Assembly (NCBI GenBank): GCA_903869825.1
Contig: CAIQAL010000038.1
Location: 1 to 59,332, forward strand
Length of the DNA: 59,332 nucleotides
From: an uncultured bacterium
Lineage (GTDB): Bacteria; Patescibacteriota; Minisyncoccia; Phycocordibacterales; UBA9973
Direction: 5' to 3'
Position numbers and translations under genes: made by a program. Within the stretch, counting starts at the first letter, position 1, and each line of letters begins with the position of its first letter. The notes under the pieces were generated by a model. The model searched no databases. It was not told the origin of the DNA and saw nothing but the letters and a program-made list of their open reading frames with translations. Positions 28,258 through 36,837 of this stretch are shown here, in pieces.

Positions 28258-28698
28258 ATGAAAGCATTTTTAAAAAATTACAGACAATCTCCTCGAAAAG
28301 TTCGCCTCGTTGCGAATCTTATTAAAGGAAAAAAAGTTTCAAGCGCGATTGCTGAACTTGATTTTTTGCCGAAAAGAGCAGGACTGCCGATAAAGAAATT
28401 GTTGCTTTCGGCGGTTGCGAATGCGACCTCAATGGGAATAGAAAAAGAAAATTTATATATTAAAGAATTACGAGTTGACAAAGGAATCGTAATGCGAAGA
28501 ATGATGCCCGCTGCGATGGGTTCTGGGCATCGTATCAACAAAAGAACTAGCCACATCAATATTCTTTTGGCAGAAAAAATGGAAATGAAAAAAGATAAAA
28601 AAGAAGTCAAAAAAGAAACCAAAGAAAATCCAATAAAAGAAACTTTAGCAAAAGTGGTTAAAAAAGTTGCAAAACCAAAGGTAAAAACAAAAAAATAA
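28258..28698 (+). CDS. rplV: 50S ribosomal protein L22 with Lys-rich C-terminal tail
   Basis: uL22 core (YRQSPRKVRLVANLIKGK...) plus a K-rich tail of about 35 aa. Confidence 0.96.
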   Translation: MKAFLKNYRQSPRKVRLVANLIKGKKVSSAIAELDFLPKRAGLPIKKLLLSAVANATSMGIEKENLYIKELRVDKGIVMRRMMPAAMGSGHRINKRTSHINILLAEKMEMKKDKKEVKKETKENPIKETLAKVVKKVAKPKVKTKK

Positions 28699-28699
28699 T

Positions 28700-29389
28700 A
28701 TGTCAAAAATAGTTCACCCATACGCCCATAGATTGATAATTCTTCGAGACTGGAAATCTCGTTGGTTTGCTGATCCTAAAAAATACTGTGCTTACTTGAA
28801 AGGGGATGTTTTGATTCGGGAATATTTAGAAAAGAAAATGCGCGGAATGTACGTTTCTACTATTGAAATCGAAAGAAGCGAAAAGATGACTAGATTTATC
28901 ATAAAGACTTCTCGCCCAGGGCTTATTATTGGCCGAAATGGTGAAGGAGCCACCCGATTGAAAGAAGATATTTTAAAGAAAATGGAAAAGCTGAAGCTCG
29001 TAAAGTCGGAAGATTTTAAACTTGAAATTGTTGAAATTACCAATCCGGAAGCTGACGCCGCTATTGTTGCTTATATGATTGCAGAAGGACTTGAGAAAAG
29101 AATGCCTTACCGAAGAGTTATCAAGCAAGTAATCGAAAAAGTTATGACCGCTCGAGGCGTTGAGGGAGCAAGAGTGCTATTGTCCGGTCGCTTGGGTGGT
29201 GCAGAAATTGCCCGTTCCGAAGAGCTAAAACGCGGGAGTATCCCATTACAGACTTTTCGAGCAGATATCGATTTCAAGCGTGAAAGAGCAATTTTGCCTT
29301 ATGGTACAATCGGAGTAAAAGTTTGGATTTACCGCGGTAAGATTTTTGCCGACAAAAAAGGAGTGCACAACAATGCAATAAGTAAGTAA
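28700..29389 (+). CDS. rpsC: 30S ribosomal protein S3
   Basis: uS3 KH and C-terminal domains (GRLGGAEIARSE). Confidence 0.98.
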   Translation: MSKIVHPYAHRLIILRDWKSRWFADPKKYCAYLKGDVLIREYLEKKMRGMYVSTIEIERSEKMTRFIIKTSRPGLIIGRNGEGATRLKEDILKKMEKLKLVKSEDFKLEIVEITNPEADAAIVAYMIAEGLEKRMPYRRVIKQVIEKVMTARGVEGARVLLSGRLGGAEIARSEELKRGSIPLQTFRADIDFKRERAILPYGTIGVKVWIYRGKIFADKKGVHNNAISK

Positions 29390-29398
29390 TACAAATTT

Positions 29399-29827
29399 AT
29401 GTTAATTCCCAAAAAAGTAAAATATAGAAAATGGCAGCGAGGCAGAATTAATCCTAAGGCAAGGACGCCAGAAACCCGTGGGATCAAACTCGCTTTCGGT
29501 TCTTACGGTTTGAAAGCTCAAACCCAAGCCCGAGTGAAATCCAATCAATTAGAATCTTCCCGAAAAGTTATTTCAAGAACTCTTACCAAAGCCGGAAAAT
29601 ATTGGATTCGAATTTTTCCTGATCGACCTTACACCGCCAAAGCGGCAGAGGTAGGAATGGGAAAGGGGAAGGGAGATCCAAAGGGTTATTGCTTTGAAGT
29701 TTTTCCTGGACGAATCATTTTCGAGGTTGACGGAGTAGATGAAGCAACCGCGAAGGAAGCGTTACGAAAAGCCGGCACCAAACTTCCATTTAAGACGAAG
29801 ATTGTTTCAAGGGTGCATAATCAATAA
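29399..29827 (+). CDS. rplP: 50S ribosomal protein L16
   Basis: MLIPKKVKYRKWQRGR... uL16. Confidence 0.98.
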   Translation: MLIPKKVKYRKWQRGRINPKARTPETRGIKLAFGSYGLKAQTQARVKSNQLESSRKVISRTLTKAGKYWIRIFPDRPYTAKAAEVGMGKGKGDPKGYCFEVFPGRIIFEVDGVDEATAKEALRKAGTKLPFKTKIVSRVHNQ

Positions 29828-29839
29828 TTTAAAAATTTT

Positions 29840-30052
29840 ATGGTAAAAACAAAAAGTGAATTGAATGAAAACTTAAAAGGATTAGACAAAGATGAACTCA
29901 AGGCAAAACTTACCGAGGCTGAAGAAAGTCTGCGAGTGCTCCATTTCAAAGTGGAGGGTTCAAAGTCAAAAAATGTAAAGGAAGCAAAGAATATCAAAAG
30001 GCAAATTGCTCGAATAATGACTGAAATAAATGCTGGTAAAAAAAGTAAATAA
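29840..30052 (+). CDS. rpmC: 50S ribosomal protein L29
   Basis: uL29 helical pattern; position in the operon. Confidence 0.93.
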   Translation: MVKTKSELNENLKGLDKDELKAKLTEAEESLRVLHFKVEGSKSKNVKEAKNIKRQIARIMTEINAGKKSK

Positions 30053-30060
30053 ATAATTTT

Positions 30061-30321
30061 ATGAAAATAAAAAACAAAAAAGAAAATACCGAAAAGAAAA
30101 GCAATATCCTAAAAGGAGTAGTTGTTTCTGACAAAATGGATAAGACTGTGGTAGTTTCGGTCACTCGATTTGTGAAGCACCCAAAATACGAGAAATACTA
30201 CAAAGTTAGCAAAAAATACAAAGCGCATGACGAAGAGAATAAACTCAAAACGGGGGAGCAAGTAGAAATAATCGAAACCAGACCGATTTCTAGAGATAAA
30301 AAGTTTAAAGTAGTTAATTAA
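30061..30321 (+). CDS. rpsQ: 30S ribosomal protein S17
   Basis: [16 protein letters not shown]...HPKYEKY uS17. Confidence 0.96.
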   Translation: MKIKNKKENTEKKSNILKGVVVSDKMDKTVVVSVTRFVKHPKYEKYYKVSKKYKAHDEENKLKTGEQVEIIETRPISRDKKFKVVN

Positions 30322-30330
30322 TATAATTTT

Positions 30331-30702
30331 ATGATTCAACCAGAAACATTAGTAAAAATTACAGATAACGCCGGAGGCACTTTGGGAAAAGTGTTTAAGG
30401 TTTTGGGGTCTTCCAAAAAAAGATACGCCACCTTAGGTGAGCTTGTAATTATTTCAGTAAAAGTAGCAAGTCCAAGAAAGGGAGTAAAGAAGAAAGATGT
30501 TTGCCAGGCTGTCGTAGTCCGCACTAGAAACGCTTACCGCAGAAAAGATGGTTCTTATATTAGATTCGACGACAATGCAGTAGTTATTTTGGAAAAAGGG
30601 AAGAAGGACCCGAAAGCGGGACGTATCTTTGGACCAATCCCAAGAGAGCTCGCTGAGAAAGGATTTCAAAAGATTGTTTCGTTAGCCCCAGAAGTGATTT
30701 AA
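30331..30702 (+). CDS. rplN: 50S ribosomal protein L14
   Basis: MIQPETLVKITDNAG... uL14. Confidence 0.98.
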   Translation: MIQPETLVKITDNAGGTLGKVFKVLGSSKKRYATLGELVIISVKVASPRKGVKKKDVCQAVVVRTRNAYRRKDGSYIRFDDNAVVILEKGKKDPKAGRIFGPIPRELAEKGFQKIVSLAPEVI

Positions 30703-30726
30703 TAATTTGTAATTTGGAATAAAAAT

Positions 30727-31032
30727 ATGAAACTTAGAAAAGGAGACAACGTAATAATAACAGCCGGAAAAGACAAAGGAAAACACGGCAAGATAATCAA
30801 AGCTTTCCCTGCAGTGGATAAGGTAATCGTCGAGGGACTCAACATGATTTCCAAAAACCAGAAGCCGAGAAAATCAAATGAAAAAGGCCAAATGATAAAA
30901 ATGGCAATGCCAATTCATGTTTCAAATATAATGATCCTAGACCCCAAAAACGAAAAAGGTTCCCGAGTAGGGAAGAAGGAAGTCGGAGGGAAAATGGTAA
31001 GAGTTTCAAAAAAAAGTAATCAAGAAATATAA
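30727..31032 (+). CDS. rplX: 50S ribosomal protein L24
   Basis: KLRKGDNVIITAGKDKGKHGKI KOW motif, uL24. Confidence 0.96.
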   Translation: MKLRKGDNVIITAGKDKGKHGKIIKAFPAVDKVIVEGLNMISKNQKPRKSNEKGQMIKMAMPIHVSNIMILDPKNEKGSRVGKKEVGGKMVRVSKKSNQEI

Positions 31033-31034
31033 TT

Positions 31035-31583
31035 ATGAAACATTTAACTGTTAAAGAAAAAGAAAAAGAAGCATTCGAAAAAATGAAAAATATTTTTCAT
31101 TTTAAAAATGCAATGGCTGCTCCAAAATTGGAAAAGATTGTTTTGAACGTCGGAACCGGAACCATGATAAAAAAGGACAAGAATAAAAATGATGCAATTG
31201 CGGACCGACTGGCCAAAATTACCGGACAGAAAAGTGCTTTCCGTGGAGCAAAGAAATCTATCTCGTCATTTAAAGTTCGTCAGGGTGACCCGATCGGAGT
31301 AGTAGTTACTTTGCGGGGTGCTCGAATGTATGCTTTCTTGGAAAAATTAATTAACGTCGCTTTGCCTCGTACGAAAGATTTCCGAGGAATCAACCGCAAA
31401 GTTGTGGATAATATCGGGAACTTAACTATCGGTATTAAAGAACATACTATTTTCCCTGAAACTGCCGATGAAGATATTAAAGATGTTTTTGGACTTTCAA
31501 TCACAATAGTCTCAACTGCCAGGGGGCAAAAGGAAGGTTTCGCTTTCTATGAACTCCTTGGAATGCCATTTAAGAAAGAATAA
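31035..31583 (+). CDS. rplE: 50S ribosomal protein L5
   Basis: uL5 (PRTKDFRGI..., GNLTIGIKEHTIFPE). Confidence 0.97.
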   Translation: MKHLTVKEKEKEAFEKMKNIFHFKNAMAAPKLEKIVLNVGTGTMIKKDKNKNDAIADRLAKITGQKSAFRGAKKSISSFKVRQGDPIGVVVTLRGARMYAFLEKLINVALPRTKDFRGINRKVVDNIGNLTIGIKEHTIFPETADEDIKDVFGLSITIVSTARGQKEGFAFYELLGMPFKKE

Positions 31584-31598
31584 AAAATAATAATAAAA

Positions 31599-31622
31599 AA
31601 ATCCCTGCAGAGGGATTTTTTG
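31599..31622 (+). terminator. Terminator after rplE (inside the spc cluster)
   Basis: AAATCCCT gcag AGGGATTT followed by TTTT. Confidence 0.75.
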
Positions 31623-31628
31623 TTTTAG

Positions 31629-31657
31629 TTGACTATTTTAGAATAATTTGCTAGTAT
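31629..31657 (+). promoter_or_regulatory. Promoter TTGACT-17-(TGC)TAGTAT ahead of S14
   Basis: -35 at 31629-31634; extended -10 at 31649-31657. About 110-nt leader before the S14 ATG. Confidence 0.6.
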
Positions 31658-31770
31658 CAAACGTAAGGGAATAGCCTTTGATTAATCCATTTTTCTCCTT
31701 ATTTTTTCAAGGAATTGAGGAAATAAGAAAAAAAGTGTGATATTGCAAAGTAACCCCCATTAATTTATCT

Positions 31771-31956
31771 ATGGCAAAAACATCAGTAATAGCAAGATCA
31801 AAAAAAGTACAGAAGTTTTCTACTCGACAAAAAAATCGATGCTTTCGATGTGGCCGAGGGAATAGCTTTATGCGTGATTTTGGAGTATGCCGAATCTGCT
31901 TTCGAGAATTAGCAAACGAAGGAATGTTGCCTGGAGTTCGAAAGTCTTCTTGGTAA
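31771..31956 (+). CDS. rpsN: 30S ribosomal protein S14, zinc-binding type Z
   Basis: 61 aa. CFRCGR...CRICFRE two CxxC pairs. Confidence 0.96.
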   Translation: MAKTSVIARSKKVQKFSTRQKNRCFRCGRGNSFMRDFGVCRICFRELANEGMLPGVRKSSW

Positions 31957-31981
31957 GAGAATATAAATAATAAAAACAACT

Positions 31982-32368
31982 ATGGATTCAATTTCAAACA
32001 TGATAATAATGATGAAGAACGCCAGCCTTGCGGACAAGGAGACTGTGCAAGTTCCATATTCAAAAATGAAGCAAGCCATTTTGGAGTGCTTAAAGAAAGA
32101 GGGCTACATTGAAGAATTTTCAAAAAAGACAAAAAAAGGTGAACCAATTCTAGAAGTTAAATTAATTTATATTGACGAAAAACCAAAGATTTCCGAAATG
32201 GAAAGAGTTTCAAAGCAATCCCGTAGAGTATATTTCGGGATAAAAGATATTTTCCCAGTTAGGAATGGTTATGGACTTTTAGTCCTTTCCACTCCAAAAG
32301 GGATATTGTCCGGTAAGGAGGCAAAAAAAGAGATGGTCGGAGGAGAAGCTTTATTTAAAGTCTGGTAA
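31982..32368 (+). CDS. rpsH: 30S ribosomal protein S8
   Basis: DSISNMIIMMKNA... uS8. Confidence 0.97.
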   Translation: MDSISNMIIMMKNASLADKETVQVPYSKMKQAILECLKKEGYIEEFSKKTKKGEPILEVKLIYIDEKPKISEMERVSKQSRRVYFGIKDIFPVRNGYGLLVLSTPKGILSGKEAKKEMVGGEALFKVW

Positions 32369-32378
32369 GAATTAATTT

Positions 32379-32912
32379 ATGTCAAGAATCGGTAAACAAG
32401 AAATACAAATACCAAAGGGAGTGGAAGTCACAAAAAGTGGCGATACTATTACAGTTAAAGGACCAAAAGGAGTAGTTACTAAAATATTCAGAGATGATAT
32501 TCTGATAAAGATTGCAGAAGGATTAGTTACTTTGGATATCAAAAGAAACGATAAATTTTCAAAATCTCTTTGGGGCACTTATGCTTCTCACCTCAAGAAT
32601 ATGATTGCTGGAGTAGAGACACCATACCAAAAGAAATTAATTTTGGAAGGAGTCGGGTTTAAGTCAGAAGTAAAAGGAAAACAATTTGTTTTTGCTTTAG
32701 GGTTTTCTCACCCGGTTATTGTCAGCATTCCGGAGGGAATAACTGCCACTGCCGAGAAGAACAACATAACCATTACCGGAATCGACAAAGAATTGGTTGG
32801 AAGTTTTGCTTCCGCGGTTCGAGCTTTGAAAAAACCGGAACCATATAAAGGTAAGGGCATGCGTTACGAAGGAGAAGTAATCAGGCGCAAACAAGGGAAG
32901 AAAACAGTATAA
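32379..32912 (+). CDS. rplF: 50S ribosomal protein L6
   Basis: MSRIGKQEIQIPKGVEV... uL6. Confidence 0.97.
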   Translation: MSRIGKQEIQIPKGVEVTKSGDTITVKGPKGVVTKIFRDDILIKIAEGLVTLDIKRNDKFSKSLWGTYASHLKNMIAGVETPYQKKLILEGVGFKSEVKGKQFVFALGFSHPVIVSIPEGITATAEKNNITITGIDKELVGSFASAVRALKKPEPYKGKGMRYEGEVIRRKQGKKTV

Positions 32913-32931
32913 AATAATTTTTAAATAAAAA

Positions 32932-33273
32932 ATGATTAAAAAAAGCGAAAAAAGAATAAGACTAAAATCAAAAATCAGAAGTAAAATGGAAGGAACCTCT
33001 ACCCGCCCAAGACTTTCTGTTTTCCGCTCAAACAAGTTTATCTATGCTCAAATAGTTGATGATACTCTAGGAAAAACAGTCCTATCTGTTAGCGATATTA
33101 AAATAAAAAAAGGAACGAAAGGGGAGCGAGCCAAGGAAGTAGGAAAAATGATCAGCGCTGCCTGCATTGTTGCTAAAATTAAGCAAGTAGTTTTTGATCG
33201 AAACGGTTTTAAATACACAGGTCGCATCAAAGCAGTCGCCGACGAAGCAAGAGCCGGCGGTTTGAAATTTTAA
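32932..33273 (+). CDS. rplR: 50S ribosomal protein L18
   Basis: RPRLSVFRSNKFIYAQIVDD... uL18. Confidence 0.97.
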   Translation: MIKKSEKRIRLKSKIRSKMEGTSTRPRLSVFRSNKFIYAQIVDDTLGKTVLSVSDIKIKKGTKGERAKEVGKMISAACIVAKIKQVVFDRNGFKYTGRIKAVADEARAGGLKF

Positions 33274-33285
33274 TTAATAAATTTT

Positions 33286-33846
33286 ATGGAAAAAGGAAAC
33301 GACAATAAAAGAAATACCGGACGAAGAACTTCATCCTTCTCAAGGCCAAAGCCTGAATTTGATCAGAAGATTTTAAATATTCGTCGAGTCACTCGTGTGG
33401 TAGCCGGAGGACGAAGATTCTCTTTTTCTGTAGCTCTCGTTGCCGGAGATCGTAAAGGTGCCGTAGGCTTAGGCCTCGGTAAAGCCGGAGACACATCACT
33501 TGCCATCAATAAAGCTCTTCGAAATGCTAAAAAAAATATGATGCGATTAAAATTGACCAAGAAAATGTCTATTCCGCACGAGATATCAGCTAAATTTTCA
33601 AGTTCTTATGTAATGTTGATGCCGAACAAAGGGAGAGGCCTCATGACCGGTTCAGTGGTTCGGGACATCGTGAAATTAGCAGGAGTAAGAGATGTTACCG
33701 GAAAAATTTTAGGTGGGACAAAAAATAAATTGAACAATGCTAAAGCAGTGATGCTAGCCTTTAGTGAGATTTCTACCAAATATGCTGCGATAGTTCCGGA
33801 AACAAAAGTTGTTTCCGGGAAAGAGGAAATAGTAACCGAAAAATAA
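33286..33846 (+). CDS. rpsE: 30S ribosomal protein S5
   Basis: RRVTRVVAGGRRFSFSVALVAGDRKGAVGLGLGKA uS5. Confidence 0.97.
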   Translation: MEKGNDNKRNTGRRTSSFSRPKPEFDQKILNIRRVTRVVAGGRRFSFSVALVAGDRKGAVGLGLGKAGDTSLAINKALRNAKKNMMRLKLTKKMSIPHEISAKFSSSYVMLMPNKGRGLMTGSVVRDIVKLAGVRDVTGKILGGTKNKLNNAKAVMLAFSEISTKYAAIVPETKVVSGKEEIVTEK

Positions 33847-33851
33847 ATTTT

Positions 33852-34289
33852 ATGCAAATACATAACCTAAAACGAATTCATAAAAATAAAAAAGACCGTA
33901 TCGTTGGACGTGGGGGAAAACACGCTAAAACTTCAGGCCGTGGAGGAAAAGGTCAAACTGCCCGAGCCGGAAACAAGCGTCGCCCGGAGCTTCGTGATAT
34001 CATTAAGAAGTTGCCAAAGAATCGCGGGTATCAATTTAAATCTTTCAGTATTAAACCAGTTGGAGTATCACTGGAGAAGATTGCGAAAGCGTTCCCAAAA
34101 GGAGGGGCAGTGAATCCAACGAACTTATTTGAACTAAAAGTTATTAAAAAAAGAAAAGGGTGGTTGCCGAAAGTAAAAATTCTAAATAGTGAAGCAGTCT
34201 TTACCCAGAAAATTCAAGTTTCAAAATGTATGGTTTCCGATTCAGTTAAAGAAAAAATAGAGAAGACTGGCGGAGAAGTAACTTTATAA
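33852..34289 (+). CDS. rplO: 50S ribosomal protein L15
   Basis: GRGGKHAKTSGRGGKGQTARAG uL15. Follows rpsE directly, with no L30 gene. Confidence 0.96.
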   Translation: MQIHNLKRIHKNKKDRIVGRGGKHAKTSGRGGKGQTARAGNKRRPELRDIIKKLPKNRGYQFKSFSIKPVGVSLEKIAKAFPKGGAVNPTNLFELKVIKKRKGWLPKVKILNSEAVFTQKIQVSKCMVSDSVKEKIEKTGGEVTL

Positions 34290-34314
34290 ATTAAATAAAT
34301 AACTTCATACTCAA

Positions 34315-35586
34315 ATGGAAAATTCTTGGGGAAAAATTAAATTAATCTGGACCGATTCCTCCTTGAGGAAAAAGATACTCTTTGTTTTGGGAGCACTTAT
34401 TGTCTTCCGGTTGCTTTCTGCTATCCCGATTCCTGGAATTGATACCGTAGCACTCACCCGATTTTTGAGCAATAACCAATTCTTTGGAATTTTAAATATT
34501 TTCTCTGGAGGCGGACTTTCAAATCTTTCAATCATAATGCTTGGAGTTGGTCCCTATATTACTGGTTCGATTATCATGCAGCTTCTTACCATTATGGTTC
34601 CTGCGCTAAAGAGAATGTACCACGAAGAAGGAGAAGCCGGCAGAAAGAAATTTACTCAATATTCTAGAATGCTTACTATTCCACTTGCAGCAGTTCAAGG
34701 TTTTTCTTTATTGGCACTTCTTGAAAGCCAGAAAATTTTAGTAAATCTTACTGTTTTTGATCGAATCACAAATTTGATTATCGTGATGGCTGGAGCAATG
34801 TTTATTATGTGGATTGGAGAATTGATGTCTGAATTTGGAATCGGGAACGGAGTATCGCTCATAATATTCGCCGGTATCGTTTCTCGAATTCCAGCAGAAG
34901 TTAGTCAGCTTCTATTCTCCTTTGATGTCTCCCAAGTTCCACTTTACTTGGTTTTCTTAGCACTTGGAATATTGGTTATCGCTGGAGTGGTGGTGGTAAC
35001 AGAAGCGGAACGACCAATTCCGGTAACTTATGCCAAAAGAGTTCGAGGAATGAAAATGTACGGCGGTGGTTCAACTTATTTGCCATTGCGCGTAAACCAA
35101 GCCGGAGTTATCCCTATTATTTTTGCTCTCTCAATCTTACTGTTCCCTCAAATGATTGGTAACTTCCTATCTCATGCTACAAATCCAACCTTAGCCAGAA
35201 TTTCACACGCACTTGTTTCTTTTTCTCAGACGAGCTGGCTCTATATGGTACTATACTTTATTTTGGTATTCCTTTTCACTTATTTTTATACCGCGGTTAC
35301 TTTCGACCCGGAAGCTCTTTCTACTAACTTACAGAAGAACGGTGCTTTCATTCCGGGGATTCGTCCAGGACCTTCAACTTCAGCTTATATTTCAAAAGTG
35401 TTAAATCGGATCACTTTACTCGGCGCAGTTTTCCTGGGCTTGATTGCTATTTTACCTTTGATTGTGCGAGTTGCGACCGGCATTACCGCTATTGCGCTTG
35501 GAGGAACCGCGCTCCTAATCGTTGTTTCAGTTGTGCTTGATCTCATTAAAAAAATCGACGCTCAAATCTCGATGCGCGAATACTAA
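34315..35586 (+). CDS. secY: Preprotein translocase subunit SecY
   Basis: 423 aa, 10-TM SecY pattern (GILNIFSGG, GNGVSLIIFAGI). Confidence 0.97.
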   Translation: MENSWGKIKLIWTDSSLRKKILFVLGALIVFRLLSAIPIPGIDTVALTRFLSNNQFFGILNIFSGGGLSNLSIIMLGVGPYITGSIIMQLLTIMVPALKRMYHEEGEAGRKKFTQYSRMLTIPLAAVQGFSLLALLESQKILVNLTVFDRITNLIIVMAGAMFIMWIGELMSEFGIGNGVSLIIFAGIVSRIPAEVSQLLFSFDVSQVPLYLVFLALGILVIAGVVVVTEAERPIPVTYAKRVRGMKMYGGGSTYLPLRVNQAGVIPIIFALSILLFPQMIGNFLSHATNPTLARISHALVSFSQTSWLYMVLYFILVFLFTYFYTAVTFDPEALSTNLQKNGAFIPGIRPGPSTSAYISKVLNRITLLGAVFLGLIAILPLIVRVATGITAIALGGTALLIVVSVVLDLIKKIDAQISMREY

Positions 35587-35595
35587 AACTTAATT

Positions 35596-35625
35596 AAAAA
35601 ATCCCCCGGGCCGGGGGATTTTTTA
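35596..35625. terminator. Bidirectional terminator between secY and the convergent kinase gene
   Basis: AAAAATCCCCC gggcc GGGGGATTTTT. Confidence 0.8.
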
Positions 35626-36189
35626 ATTTTTGATCCACTTTTTATATTCTGAGACGATGATTGCGACAACCTCTTGTAGGTTGTTTTTGTTTGTGTCTAT
35701 AACTAGGTTAAACTGATTTTTGTCAGTATTATCTATTTTATACAAATCCCAATATCTCTTTTGTTCACTTTCAAAGCGTTCGGTTATTTTTGTAAGAACT
35801 TCTTCGCTAGTTCTTGCTCGCTCACTTTGTTCTCGCAATTTATTTTCTTGAATACTTTTTAAAATTCTTTCCTTTGCTATTTCCTGAGGCAAGTTTAAGT
35901 AAACTTTAAATGAATCAGGTATCCAGTGAAAGGCAGTGCGGGAATCTATGACGACTTTTTCGGTATTGTTCATGTCTCGTAGTTTTTGATCAGTCATTTC
36001 ATCTATCTTTTTATCTGTTTCGGCTCGAATATTCGTTTCAGTTACAGACAATCCTAATTCAAGCCCAACCTGTCTAAAGAAATCTCCAGAAGAAAAATGT
36101 CTAAAGCCCAGTTCTCCAGCAACCATTTTAGCAGTGCTAGATTTTCCGCTTCCCAGGCCTCCGCAGATAGTGATTATCTCTTTTTTCAT
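35623..36189 (-). CDS. Archaeal-type (d)CMP kinase-like P-loop kinase
   Basis: ITICGGLGSGKSSTAKMVA..LGFRHFSSGDFFR; VVIDSRTAFHW; Cytidylate_kin2-like layout. 188 aa. Confidence 0.6.
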   Translation of the reverse strand: MKKEIITICGGLGSGKSSTAKMVAGELGFRHFSSGDFFRQVGLELGLSVTETNIRAETDKKIDEMTDQKLRDMNNTEKVVIDSRTAFHWIPDSFKVYLNLPQEIAKERILKSIQENKLREQSERARTSEEVLTKITERFESEQKRYWDLYKIDNTDKNQFNLVIDTNKNNLQEVVAIIVSEYKKWIKN

Positions 36190-36248
36190 TTACTTAATAT
36201 AACATACTCAGGGTTGTTTTTTAAGCCTAAATTTTGTATTGTTAGAGG

Positions 36249-36836
36249 ATGGATACACAAACATACATATTTTTCGGACCAGCGGGCTCAGGCAAAGGAA
36301 CGCAGATAACCCTGTTGGCTGACTATTTGAAATCGAAAGACAGGAAGGAATGTGTTTACGCCGGCACAGGCGAGGGCTTTCGGGCTTTGGTTAAAACTGA
36401 AAATTTTGCCTCAAAAATCGTAAAAGAAAAGATTGAAAAAGGGGAGTTGGTGCCCGATTTTTTAACTACCACTATTTTCACCAATATCTTAGTCAACTCA
36501 CTAGATGGAACAAAACATTTAATAACCGATGGATATCCAAGAAACGTTGCCCAGTCTGAAAGTTTGGGAAGTATGATGGAATTTTTTAAACGAGAAAACG
36601 TAAAAGTTATTTACGTCGAAGTGGGGAAAGAAGAAGTTACCAAGAGAATGTTACTCCGGGCAAGGCACGACGATACCCCGGAAGTAATCACGACCAGAAT
36701 TAATATATTTTTCAATGAAGTGGTGCCGGCGATAAATTTTTTTAAAGACAAACCGAATTTCGAAGTAATTTCAATCAATGGAGAACAGACCGTTTCGAAA
36801 GTATTTGAAGAAATTAAGAAAAAACTTAAATTATAA
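36249..36836 (+). CDS. adk: Adenylate kinase (short-LID form)
   Basis: FFGPAGSGKGTQ, GELVPDF, DGYPRNVAQ, RARHDDTPEVITTR. Confidence 0.93.
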   Translation: MDTQTYIFFGPAGSGKGTQITLLADYLKSKDRKECVYAGTGEGFRALVKTENFASKIVKEKIEKGELVPDFLTTTIFTNILVNSLDGTKHLITDGYPRNVAQSESLGSMMEFFKRENVKVIYVEVGKEEVTKRMLLRARHDDTPEVITTRINIFFNEVVPAINFFKDKPNFEVISINGEQTVSKVFEEIKKKLKL

Positions 36837-36837
36837 T

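Noticed and set aside
28278-28721. 147-aa ORF on the minus strand, antisense to rplV
   Set aside because: It exactly shadows a confidently identified uL22 gene. Its F/S/L-rich low-complexity sequence is the mirror of the Lys/Glu-rich sense strand. No motif.
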